Virus record (IMG/VR): IMGVR_UViG_3300011338_000269
Location: 1 to 38,434 of that record
From: a virus
Taxonomy: Duplodnaviria; Caudoviricetes
Reading direction: 5' to 3' (one strand)
DNA: 38,434 bases
In this document: positions 17,323 to 24,193 of the stretch, piece after piece
How positions within the stretch are numbered: position 1 is the stretch's first letter
How the letters are laid out: every line of letters begins with the position of its first letter
Notes under the pieces: generated by a model
Seen by the model: the letters and a program-made list of their open reading frames with translations, nothing else
The model's database searches: none
What the model was told of the DNA's origin: nothing
Made by a program: the position numbers and the translations under genes

Positions 17323-17400
17323 TGCACCATTATGGTGAATCTCTCGCACATGAAGCACCAACACAGTGCACCAAAGACTAAAATGCACTATCATGGTGCA
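17323..17400. promoter_or_regulatory. Three NtrC-type enhancer boxes
   Basis: TGCACCATTATGGTGAA (17323-17339), AGCACCAACACAGTGCA (17354-17370), TGCACTATCATGGTGCA (17384-17400) versus TGCACCA-N3-TGGTGCA. Centres are 31 and 30 bp apart. Confidence 0.75.
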
Positions 17401-17510
17401 TAATTCATGTAAGCATTAAGTATACAATTCCAGGAAGTTAAGTATATAGTACTACAATTCCTGGGCTTCTGAAAACAAAAGTACTAGTGACATGACTACT
17501 AAAGTATACA

Positions 17511-17526
17511 TGGCACAGCACTTGCA
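17511..17526 (+). promoter_or_regulatory. sigma54 (RpoN) -24/-12 promoter
   Basis: TGGCAC-AGCAC-TTGCA matches TGGCAC-N5-TTGCW, faces the first early gene, and lies 111 bp downstream of the NtrC boxes. Confidence 0.75.
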
Positions 17527-17553
17527 TAGTATATAGGGTAGGGAGAATGATAG

Positions 17554-17569
17554 GTAACTATCTAGTAAC
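17554..17569. promoter_or_regulatory. GTAACT-N4-AGTWAC box, copy 3
   Basis: GTAACTATCTAGTAAC. Confidence 0.7.
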
Positions 17570-17592
17570 CCTTCGGAATAGTAGGGTATTAA

Positions 17593-17618
17593 TTGACAAG
17601 TTAAAACCATGCTATAAT
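17593..17618 (+). promoter_or_regulatory. Extended -10 sigma70-type early promoter
   Basis: TG-C-TATAAT (17610-17618). A TTGACA lies at a non-canonical 14-nt spacing. Confidence 0.55.
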
Positions 17619-17647
17619 TCATTCATGTTGCAAGGGAATCAGCCCTA

Positions 17648-17663
17648 GTAACTAGCTAGTAAC
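17648..17663. promoter_or_regulatory. GTAACT-N4-AGTWAC box, copy 4
   Basis: GTAACTAGCTAGTAAC, just upstream of the RBS of the first early gene. Confidence 0.7.
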
Positions 17664-17680
17664 CAAACGGAGAATTCAAG

Positions 17681-18238
17681 ATGAGTAAACCAAAGAAGAT
17701 AGACCCTACTAACCCTGAAGCCCTCGGTGCTTCGTTCGCTGTGCATCAGCATGAGATCAACGGAGCCCTTCTAGGCACATTGAAAAGCATAATCGGCACG
17801 TACACTGTAGAAAACAAGGCAGAATACGAAAGCATGGTAGAGGGTTACGGAGCACAATGCAAAGCCCTCTACAATGCCAACACCGCAAAAGTCAGAAAGT
17901 CAGAATTCAAGAAGATAGTTGACCATGCGAGCACTACAGAAACCCGTAATACATTGTTTAACATCATAGACAATTACGAATCAGTCCAAAGCCTAGTAAA
18001 AGACCTTAGAGGCCTCGAAAGCGGCTCGAAAGTGATTGACGAAGAGGGAAACGTGGTTAAGGCAGACAAAGCAGAAACCGAAGAGACAGAGACAGAAACC
18101 GAAGAGATAACATTCTCTGATGAAGATAAAATGCTAAACAATCTAGAAGTCATTCAGCAACTATGCTATGACAAGGGTTACAAAATAGCTTCAGAATTGA
18201 TTCTTCAAGCAATGGCTAAAATCAACGAGAAAGTATGA
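17681..18238 (+). CDS. First early protein, hypothetical, with acidic ET-rich linker
   Basis: GGAG RBS; 185 aa; AETEETETETEEITFSDED segment. Confidence 0.7.
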   Translation: MSKPKKIDPTNPEALGASFAVHQHEINGALLGTLKSIIGTYTVENKAEYESMVEGYGAQCKALYNANTAKVRKSEFKKIVDHASTTETRNTLFNIIDNYESVQSLVKDLRGLESGSKVIDEEGNVVKADKAETEETETETEEITFSDEDKMLNNLEVIQQLCYDKGYKIASELILQAMAKINEKV

Positions 18239-18255
18239 TGACAGAATCGGAGAGG

Positions 18256-18283
18256 TTGACAGCCTCTCCGAAGTCTGTATAAT
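18256..18283 (+). promoter_or_regulatory. sigma70 promoter with the -35 in a hairpin loop
   Basis: TTGACA-16-TATAAT; TCGGAGAGG (18247-18255) and CCTCTCCGA (18263-18271) flank the -35. Confidence 0.7.
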
Positions 18284-18349
18284 GAGTTTCAGAGCAGAGA
18301 GAAAAGCCACAAAGGTTTTTCCCTACGTTCTGTAGGAAACGTGCTAGTC

Positions 18350-18365
18350 GTTACTAGCGAGTTAC
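18350..18365. promoter_or_regulatory. GTAACT-N4-AGTWAC box, copy 5 (reverse orientation)
   Basis: GTTACTAGCGAGTTAC (reverse complement GTAACTCGCTAGTAAC), just before the GGAGG RBS. Confidence 0.65.
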
Positions 18366-18381
18366 TTTGTTGGAGGTTTTT

Positions 18382-18627
18382 ATGTTTGATTCGATTAAGG
18401 CTTTTTTTGTCGCAAAGCAATTTGTTGCCAACCATGGCAATAGGTTTTTGACAGTTTATGTTGGACACAAGCGATTCAATGGTCAGATTGTCGATAGAGG
18501 TTTTTTCAAGGTTTCTGTTAAGCTTGCACAAGGTGGTTCTATTGTCAAAGTTTCACCGAGTGCTATTGTTCGTGTGCATCGTGACAAGAAGCGTTTGTCA
18601 GTGCAGAAGCAAGCAATTGCAATCTGA
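18382..18627 (+). CDS. Small basic beta protein, possible Sm/Hfq-like fold
   Basis: GGAGG RBS, ATG 18382; LTVYV.GHKRFNGQIV...F.VSVK...VSPSAIVRV. Confidence 0.5.
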   Translation: MFDSIKAFFVAKQFVANHGNRFLTVYVGHKRFNGQIVDRGFFKVSVKLAQGGSIVKVSPSAIVRVHRDKKRLSVQKQAIAI

Positions 18628-18691
18628 TAGGAAACTTCATAAGCCCATCAATGTGGGCTTATGTGGCAATCCTGCCAGCAAGGAGCATCAA

Positions 18692-18778
18692 ATGACAGAT
18701 AGACAATTCACAGTTACATGCACCATCCTATTGGTGCTGGTTTGGACAATGTTATTCTTGGAGGCATATTATGCTTAG
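18692..18778 (+). CDS. 28-aa single-TM peptide
   Basis: AAGGAG RBS; MTDRQFTVTCTILLVLVWTMLFLEAYYA. Confidence 0.5.
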   Translation: MTDRQFTVTCTILLVLVWTMLFLEAYYA

Positions 18779-19403
18779 TCGTACATCAAAGCTTGGCTGT
18801 TTCAGTTGGAGCTTGCAAGCCCTAGAGACTTGTCAAGGAAGCATTGGCAAAGATGGGCAGCTTGTCGAGGTTTGTCAGGGCTGTTATGCCACACAGGGGT
18901 TTTATCACATGCCTGATGCCATAAAGTTGCGTAAAAACAACAAGGAAGATTGGCAGACAGACGATTGGGTGGAGCGCATGGTTTCTGCCCTTGTCAAGCA
19001 GAAGAAATTCAGATGGTTTGACAGCGGAGACATTTATTCTGTTGACCTTGCATGGAAAATCTACGATGTTTGTAGACAGACACCCCATGTCAAGCATTGG
19101 TTGCCCACACGTATGCACAAGTTTGACAAGTATTCCAATGTGTTAGGGGCGCTTGATTGTTTGCCCAATGTTGTTGTGCGCCTCAGTGCTGACAATGTAG
19201 AAGAGCAGATAGCAGGAGCTACTACATCAATGGTTATCAAAAGCCATGAGCATAGACAGGGTGTACACGTATGCCCTAGTAGTTTGCAAGAGGGTAAGTG
19301 CAAGGACTGCACAGCCTGTTGGAATAAGGGTGTGAAGGTTGTTGCTTACGTGTCACATTCACGTAAGATGGCTAAGGTTTTTCAAATCAAGGAGATGAGA
19401 TGA
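18771..19403 (+). CDS. GP88-family (radical-SAM-like Cys-rich) protein
   Basis: LSRTSKLGCFSWSL...C...VCQGCYA, FRWFDSGD, HWLPTR, NVVVRLSA, C..CTACW. Confidence 0.75.
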   Translation: MLSRTSKLGCFSWSLQALETCQGSIGKDGQLVEVCQGCYATQGFYHMPDAIKLRKNNKEDWQTDDWVERMVSALVKQKKFRWFDSGDIYSVDLAWKIYDVCRQTPHVKHWLPTRMHKFDKYSNVLGALDCLPNVVVRLSADNVEEQIAGATTSMVIKSHEHRQGVHVCPSSLQEGKCKDCTACWNKGVKVVAYVSHSRKMAKVFQIKEMR

Positions 19404-19648
19404 GTCAGTTTGCAGAAACAAATAAGCTTAAGAAGGGGACACGTATTGTCCTGCGTAATGGATGGGAGGCTGTGCTTGAGGACAACAAGAAGGGCAGCAT
19501 ACGCATGGCTACAGTGGAGGGTTTTTATACAGAGATGGGTAGCATCTATGCCACTGATATTGTTGGCTATAAAGAGGGAGAATTTTGGGTGAAGCTTCCC
19601 TACATTGGGGAGAATTTCCTAGAGATTTTGATGAAGAGGGCAGCATGA
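19400..19648 (+). CDS. Hypothetical protein
   Basis: ORF track; GGAG RBS and ATGA coupling. Confidence 0.65.
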   Translation: MSQFAETNKLKKGTRIVLRNGWEAVLEDNKKGSIRMATVEGFYTEMGSIYATDIVGYKEGEFWVKLPYIGENFLEILMKRAA

Positions 19649-19845
19649 AACAGTTTGTAATCTTTGGAGACATGGAGTTTTTAGATGACAACATTGTGCT
19701 TGTTCACAAGGTTATCTCTGCCATGTTCATGGTCGATTCCGACATTGAAGAGAGAGCACGTGTGTTAAATAATTGTGACTACATTGTCCCACACCATTGT
19801 TCTTGTAAGATAGTTTTTGTTCAACACCACGAGGAGACAATATGA
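19645..19845 (+). CDS. Hypothetical protein
   Basis: MKQFVIFGD...; ATGA-coupled start at 19645. Confidence 0.55.
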   Translation: MKQFVIFGDMEFLDDNIVLVHKVISAMFMVDSDIEERARVLNNCDYIVPHHCSCKIVFVQHHEETI

Positions 19846-19997
19846 TAACAGTAGACCAGTTGTACGCATGGATGGGCTCTGATACCTTGAAGGTTCATGA
19901 CCTAACTGAGTTGTTGCTTGAAGTAATCAATGGGGACTACCCAGCAGAGGAGCTACGTCAAGACATAGACGATTACATAAAACAGAAGGTGGAATAA
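19842..19997 (+). CDS. Hypothetical acidic protein (51 aa, absent from the ORF track)
   Basis: GAGGAG RBS; MITVDQLYAWMGSDTLKVHDLTELLLEVINGDYPAEELRQDIDDYIKQKVE; fills the gap. Confidence 0.6.
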   Translation: MITVDQLYAWMGSDTLKVHDLTELLLEVINGDYPAEELRQDIDDYIKQKVE

Positions 19998-20578
19998 TGA
20001 GAGTGCTTATCGCTTGTGAATACTCAGGCAAGGTTCGCTCTGCGTTTGAGAAGATGGGACACTTTGCTGTGTCTTGTGATCTTTTGCCTACAGAAAAACC
20101 TGGATTTCACTATACAGGGGATGTGTTTGACATCATCAATGATGGTTGGGATTTGATGGTGGCACACCCTCCATGCACTGACTTAGCTGTGAGTGGGGCT
20201 GCTTGGTTCAAGGAAAAGATAGCGGATGGTAGGCAGCAGAGGGCTTTGGATTTTGTCCAAGCCTTGATGGATGCCCCTATTCCTATGATTGCTATTGAGA
20301 ACCCGATTAGTGTTATCAGTAGTAAGATACGTAAGCCTGACCAAATCATTCAGCCTTGGATGTTTGGACACAAGGAAACAAAAGCTACTTGTTTGTGGCT
20401 CAAGGGATTGCCTAAGCTTGTCCCTACTACAGACTTAAAAGAGGAGACAATGGCTCTTCCAAAGAAGGAGCGTATGCGTCTACACTATTTGCCACCAAGT
20501 GCAGATAGGTGGAAGATACGTAGTGAAACATTCCAAGGCATCGCTGATGCTATGGCTAATCAATGGGGGAAAGTATGA
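19997..20578 (+). CDS. DNA cytosine-C5 methyltransferase-like protein (short phage type)
   Basis: MRVLIACEYSG, SCD, DLMVAHPPC (catalytic PC), IAIENP, RSETFQGIADAMA.QW. Confidence 0.75.
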   Translation: MRVLIACEYSGKVRSAFEKMGHFAVSCDLLPTEKPGFHYTGDVFDIINDGWDLMVAHPPCTDLAVSGAAWFKEKIADGRQQRALDFVQALMDAPIPMIAIENPISVISSKIRKPDQIIQPWMFGHKETKATCLWLKGLPKLVPTTDLKEETMALPKKERMRLHYLPPSADRWKIRSETFQGIADAMANQWGKV

Positions 20579-20955
20579 AAGTGTTTGTATATTTCAATTT
20601 GCACAAGCGTGTCTTCTCTGTGAAGGCATTGGAGGGTGCAGAGAAGGGCAGGGTTATAGGGCATAGAACGTCCTTGGCTATATACAGCCCTACCTTCAAG
20701 GTTTCAGAGGCTGGAAGACAGCGTGTGGTGCGTGAGAAGCGTAAGAACGTACATGCAGGGGTTGTTGGTTTCTTAACAGCCCCTTATGATTGGACTAAGG
20801 AGCTTGTCGAATGGACTCCTGTGTTGTACAATCCTTATGTGTTCTCTTCGTTTGTGACAATGCTTGGTAAGCCTGTGCATAAGTCACAGTTTGCAAGGAT
20901 GAATATTGTTAATGGTATTCCATACGTGGAGGCAGGCAATGCGGAACCATGTTGA
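20575..20955 (+). CDS. Conserved hypothetical phage protein
   Basis: VYFNLHK..FSVK...FKVSEAGRQRVVREKRKNVHAGVVG...YNPY. Confidence 0.7.
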   Translation: MKVFVYFNLHKRVFSVKALEGAEKGRVIGHRTSLAIYSPTFKVSEAGRQRVVREKRKNVHAGVVGFLTAPYDWTKELVEWTPVLYNPYVFSSFVTMLGKPVHKSQFARMNIVNGIPYVEAGNAEPC

Positions 20956-21025
20956 TGGCTTTGGCATCTTCTTGGTGTACCTCATTGGTTTTATTGTTGG
21001 TTTGTGTATAATTAGATTCTTTAAA
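20939..21025 (+). CDS. 28-aa single-TM peptide
   Basis: GGAGG RBS; MRNHVDGFGIFLVYLIGFIVGLCIIKIL. Confidence 0.45.
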
Positions 21026-21039
21026 CAAAGGAGAAAGTA

Positions 21040-21483
21040 ATGGGACTAGATATGTATTTGACAGCAAAGCGTTACATCTATGACTTCAATGATGATGGCA
21101 AGGCTTTGCGTGAACAGCTTGAAGACCTGAAAGTTAATGACATGCGTGTCAAAGAGATTTCATATGAGGCTGGCTACTGGCGTAAGGCTAACCAAATCCA
21201 CAAGTGGTTTGTTGATAACATCCAAGAAGGTGTGGATAACTGTGGTCAATACCTTGTGGGCATAACTGAATTAGAAGGCTTGCTTGAGAAGGTCAATGAA
21301 GTATTGCGTAATAGGGGCAAGGCACAAGAGTTGTTGCCTACAAGCAACGGCTTCTTCTTTGGTAGTGATGCGTATAATGAAGGTTATTTCGATGACCTCA
21401 TTCAAACCAAAGCCATCATTGAGAACGTGTTGTCAATAGATGATTTGCATAAGTATGATTTTTACTACAGTTCTTCATGGTAA
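21040..21483 (+). CDS. Conserved hypothetical phage protein (MGLDMYL...YWRKANQIH family)
   Basis: MGLDMYL, YWRKANQIHKWFV, LLPT..GFFFGS, YYSSSW. Confidence 0.7.
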   Translation: MGLDMYLTAKRYIYDFNDDGKALREQLEDLKVNDMRVKEISYEAGYWRKANQIHKWFVDNIQEGVDNCGQYLVGITELEGLLEKVNEVLRNRGKAQELLPTSNGFFFGSDAYNEGYFDDLIQTKAIIENVLSIDDLHKYDFYYSSSW

Positions 21484-21495
21484 CTAGCCAGTTAC
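21480..21495. promoter_or_regulatory. GTAACT-N4-AGTWAC box, copy 6
   Basis: GTAACTAGCCAGTTAC, 11 bp upstream of a -35. Confidence 0.7.
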
Positions 21496-21506
21496 CTCGT
21501 AAGCCC

Positions 21507-21535
21507 TTGACAGCTTCTTGTATGTCTTGTACAAT
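21507..21535 (+). promoter_or_regulatory. sigma70 promoter for replication genes, with the -10 in a hairpin loop
   Basis: TTGACA-17-TACAAT; 14-bp arms 21515-21528 and 21537-21550 (1 mismatch). Confidence 0.75.
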
Positions 21536-21580
21536 AAAGACATATAAGAAAGCTTCTTATTAATAATATAAGGAATACAT

Positions 21581-21769
21581 ATGAGATGTTATTGTTGTAA
21601 TGCTAGTTTGTCTGACTTTGAAGCTACTCGTAAGAGTGCTCAGACAGGTGATTTCTTAGATATGTGTAATGATTGTTTCTCCTATGTCAAAGATGACATG
21701 GATGTTGTAGAGAGACAAGACTTACAACATGCTTCTGATGATGAGGAGATTCAAGATGATGAACAGTGA
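21581..21769 (+). CDS. Small zinc-finger protein
   Basis: MRCYCCN...DMCNDC, acidic tail. Confidence 0.65.
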   Translation: MRCYCCNASLSDFEATRKSAQTGDFLDMCNDCFSYVKDDMDVVERQDLQHASDDEEIQDDEQ

Positions 21770-21956
21770 CGAAAAGCTAGAGAGGTTTATGTCCTTCACA
21801 ATTGCTGATTGTGTTGAGCTTGTATCTCTTGTTGGTTATGTTAGATTCATGGAAGTTTTACAGACAGCTCTCTTAACAAAGAAAAACTCTTTGCCTTTGT
21901 CTCAAGAAGAACTAGATGCAAGACAGAAACATTTATGGAATGATTGGAAGTATTGA
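21756..21956 (+). CDS. Hypothetical protein
   Basis: GAGGAG RBS before ATG 21756. Confidence 0.55.
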   Translation: MMNSDEKLERFMSFTIADCVELVSLVGYVRFMEVLQTALLTKKNSLPLSQEELDARQKHLWNDWKY

Positions 21957-23569
21957 TGGCATTTGTTAAAACCCATCAGCCATGCACATCATGTGACAGT
22001 AGTGATGGCATGTCTGTAAACGATGATGGTTCAACCTATTGCTTTGTTTGTAACACGCACACAAAGCCAACAAAAGAAGAAGGATATATGTACACACCAA
22101 CAGCCACAGCAAAGCCTGTGGAAGGGGCTATAGCTGCCCTTAGAACAGCCTTCCAAACCTTGGCTACACCAGCCATTGGAAGCAGACGCATAAGCAGGAC
22201 AACAGTTGAGAAGTATGGCATTGTGTCTGATGATTCCCACGTGTGGTTCCCCTACTATGACAACGATGGGAAGCTCTTTGCTACAAAGAAGCGTAGCATC
22301 AAGGAGAAGAAGTTTGCCATTGAGGGAGATTGGAAAGCCACCTGTTTGTTTGGACAGCAACTCTTCACCAAGGGTGGGAAGTATCTAACCATTGTCGAGG
22401 GTGAGTATGATGCCCTTGCTGTGTTCCAAATGCTTGGCTCCAAGTGGCCTGTTGTATCTGTGCGTAATGGTGCAGGAGGTGCTGCCAAGGATGCCAAGGA
22501 GCATTACGAATGGCTCAATAGCTTTGAGAACATTGTTGTTTGCTTTGACAATGACGAGCAGGGACAACAGGGGGCAGCACAGCTATGCTCTGTGCTTGGC
22601 TCCAAGGTTAAGGTTATGAAGGGGGTTGATGGCTTGAAGGATGGGTGCGATTGGCTCCTCGCTGGTAAAGAGAAGGAGTTCATTGACCGATGGTGGGCTG
22701 CTGAGAAGCACATCCCTGATGGCATTGTTGCTGGCTCCACGTTGTGGGAACAGGTGTCCAAGCCTTTGGAGAAGGCAGAGGTGTCCTACCCATTCGAGGG
22801 CTTGAACAAGTTAACCTATGGCATACGTAAGGGAGAGCTTGTAACTGTCACTGCTGGCTCAGGCTTAGGCAAGAGTCAGTTCTTGCGTGAACTCATATGG
22901 CACATCCTCTGCAAAACCCAGGATAATATTGGCTTGATGTTCTTGGAAGAGAGTGTACGTAAGACAGGTACATCCATCATGTCCTTGGCTGCAAACAAGC
23001 CCTTGCATTTGCCTGATTGTGATGCTACAATGGAAGAGAAGAGGGCAGCTTTTGATGTAACTCTTGGTACAGACAGGATGTATATGTTTGACCACTTCGG
23101 TAGCACAGACATTGAGAACATTGTGAAGAGGACAGAAGAGTTTGCTAATGCCTTTGGTTGTGGCTATGTGTTCCTTGACCATGTATCAATTGTTGTAAGT
23201 TCACAACAGAATGGTGACGAGCGCAAGGCTTTGGATACAATCATGACAGAGCTTCGCACATTGGTTCAACGCACAGGCATCAGCCTAATCCTTGTAAGCC
23301 ACCTGAAGCGTCCTGATGGGGGCAAAGGACACGAGGAAGGGGTAGCTACCACATTGGCTCAGCTACGTGGCTCAGGCTCCATTGCTCAGCTCTCTGACAT
23401 GGTGCTTGGTCTTGAGCGTAATGGTCAGGCAGACGATGAGAAGGAACGTAACACCACCAAGGTGCGTGTATTGAAGAACAGGTTCTCTGGCTTAACAGGA
23501 CATGCTTGTAACCTCGTGTACAGTAAGTACACAGGACGCATGGTTGAGACAGAAGATGAGAAGTTATGA
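21956..23569 (+). CDS. T7 gp4-like DNA primase-helicase
   Basis: Zn finger (HQPCTSC...YCFVC), TOPRIM (VEGEYDAL, FDNDEQG), SF4 helicase (AGSGLGKS, FLEE, LDHVS, LRGSGSIAQLSD, KNRFSG). Confidence 0.95.
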   Translation: MAFVKTHQPCTSCDSSDGMSVNDDGSTYCFVCNTHTKPTKEEGYMYTPTATAKPVEGAIAALRTAFQTLATPAIGSRRISRTTVEKYGIVSDDSHVWFPYYDNDGKLFATKKRSIKEKKFAIEGDWKATCLFGQQLFTKGGKYLTIVEGEYDALAVFQMLGSKWPVVSVRNGAGGAAKDAKEHYEWLNSFENIVVCFDNDEQGQQGAAQLCSVLGSKVKVMKGVDGLKDGCDWLLAGKEKEFIDRWWAAEKHIPDGIVAGSTLWEQVSKPLEKAEVSYPFEGLNKLTYGIRKGELVTVTAGSGLGKSQFLRELIWHILCKTQDNIGLMFLEESVRKTGTSIMSLAANKPLHLPDCDATMEEKRAAFDVTLGTDRMYMFDHFGSTDIENIVKRTEEFANAFGCGYVFLDHVSIVVSSQQNGDERKALDTIMTELRTLVQRTGISLILVSHLKRPDGGKGHEEGVATTLAQLRGSGSIAQLSDMVLGLERNGQADDEKERNTTKVRVLKNRFSGLTGHACNLVYSKYTGRMVETEDEKL

Positions 23570-23844
23570 GAAAACTATTAAGGAAACGTATGGATACTTT
23601 ATTGCTTGCTGCTAGTGACTTCCCCATGTTGGCTGTTAATGAGGAGTTTCATGAGACATTCCCTGATGCAGATGATGTGACAATTGAATATGAATGGGAA
23701 GACGATGAGCCACAGGTTGGCTATGTTGGTGGCTTCTCATGGGATGCCTATGTTGATGGTGTAGAAATTACAAACATGCTGTCGATAGAAGACATTCGGT
23801 TTGTAGGTAAAGCACTCAACGAATACACCAAGGAGTATTGCTGA
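23566..23844 (+). CDS. Hypothetical acidic protein
   Basis: ORF track; coupled on both sides. Confidence 0.6.
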   Translation: MRKLLRKRMDTLLLAASDFPMLAVNEEFHETFPDADDVTIEYEWEDDEPQVGYVGGFSWDAYVDGVEITNMLSIEDIRFVGKALNEYTKEYC

Positions 23845-23990
23845 TGGCTAGTTGGTTAATTGCAGGCATTGGTGTTGTCTACACCATTGTGGCTGCTCAG
23901 CTCTTGTTAGCAGGGAAGACAGGCTTAGGCATTGCCTTCATTGGTTATGCCCTTGGTAATGTTGGTTTGTATATGGAGGCTAAGCTGTGA
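23844..23990 (+). CDS. Small two-TM membrane protein (48 aa, absent from the ORF track)
   Basis: AAGGAG RBS; MASWLIAGIGVVYTIVAAQLLLAGKTGLGIAFIGYALGNVGLYMEAKL. Confidence 0.6.
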   Translation: MASWLIAGIGVVYTIVAAQLLLAGKTGLGIAFIGYALGNVGLYMEAKL

Positions 23991-24193
23991 CATACGCATT
24001 CCCACACAACACAGTTGTTGTTGACAAAGAAGGAGGCATTGTTCAACACCACAAAGGCATGGATCTGCGTGACTACTTTGCTGCCAAGGCTATGCAAGGG
24101 ATGATGGTTGATACTGAGATACCAAACTGCACTCATATTGCAAAAGAATCGTATCGCATGGCAGACGCAATGATGAAAGCGAGGGAGGCATGA
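23987..24193 (+). CDS. Conserved small phage protein (GM.LRDYFAAKAMQG family)
   Basis: GMDLRDYFAAKAMQG...SYRMADAMMKARE. Confidence 0.7.
   Translation: MTYAFPHNTVVVDKEGGIVQHHKGMDLRDYFAAKAMQGMMVDTEIPNCTHIAKESYRMADAMMKAREA

Noticed and set aside
17547-17648. 33-codon leader ORF after the sigma54 promoter (MIGNYLVTLRNSR...)
   Set aside because: GGAG is only 1 nt from the ATG, and the region is explained by overlapping promoter and operator motifs; unsupported without ribosome data.
17240-17670. Repeats in the control region as a mini-CRISPR array
   Set aside because: Repeats are only 16-17 bp, degenerate or irregularly spaced, and there are no cas genes.
21231-21239. DnaA box (TGTGGATAA)
   Set aside because: Single, intragenic, expected by chance.
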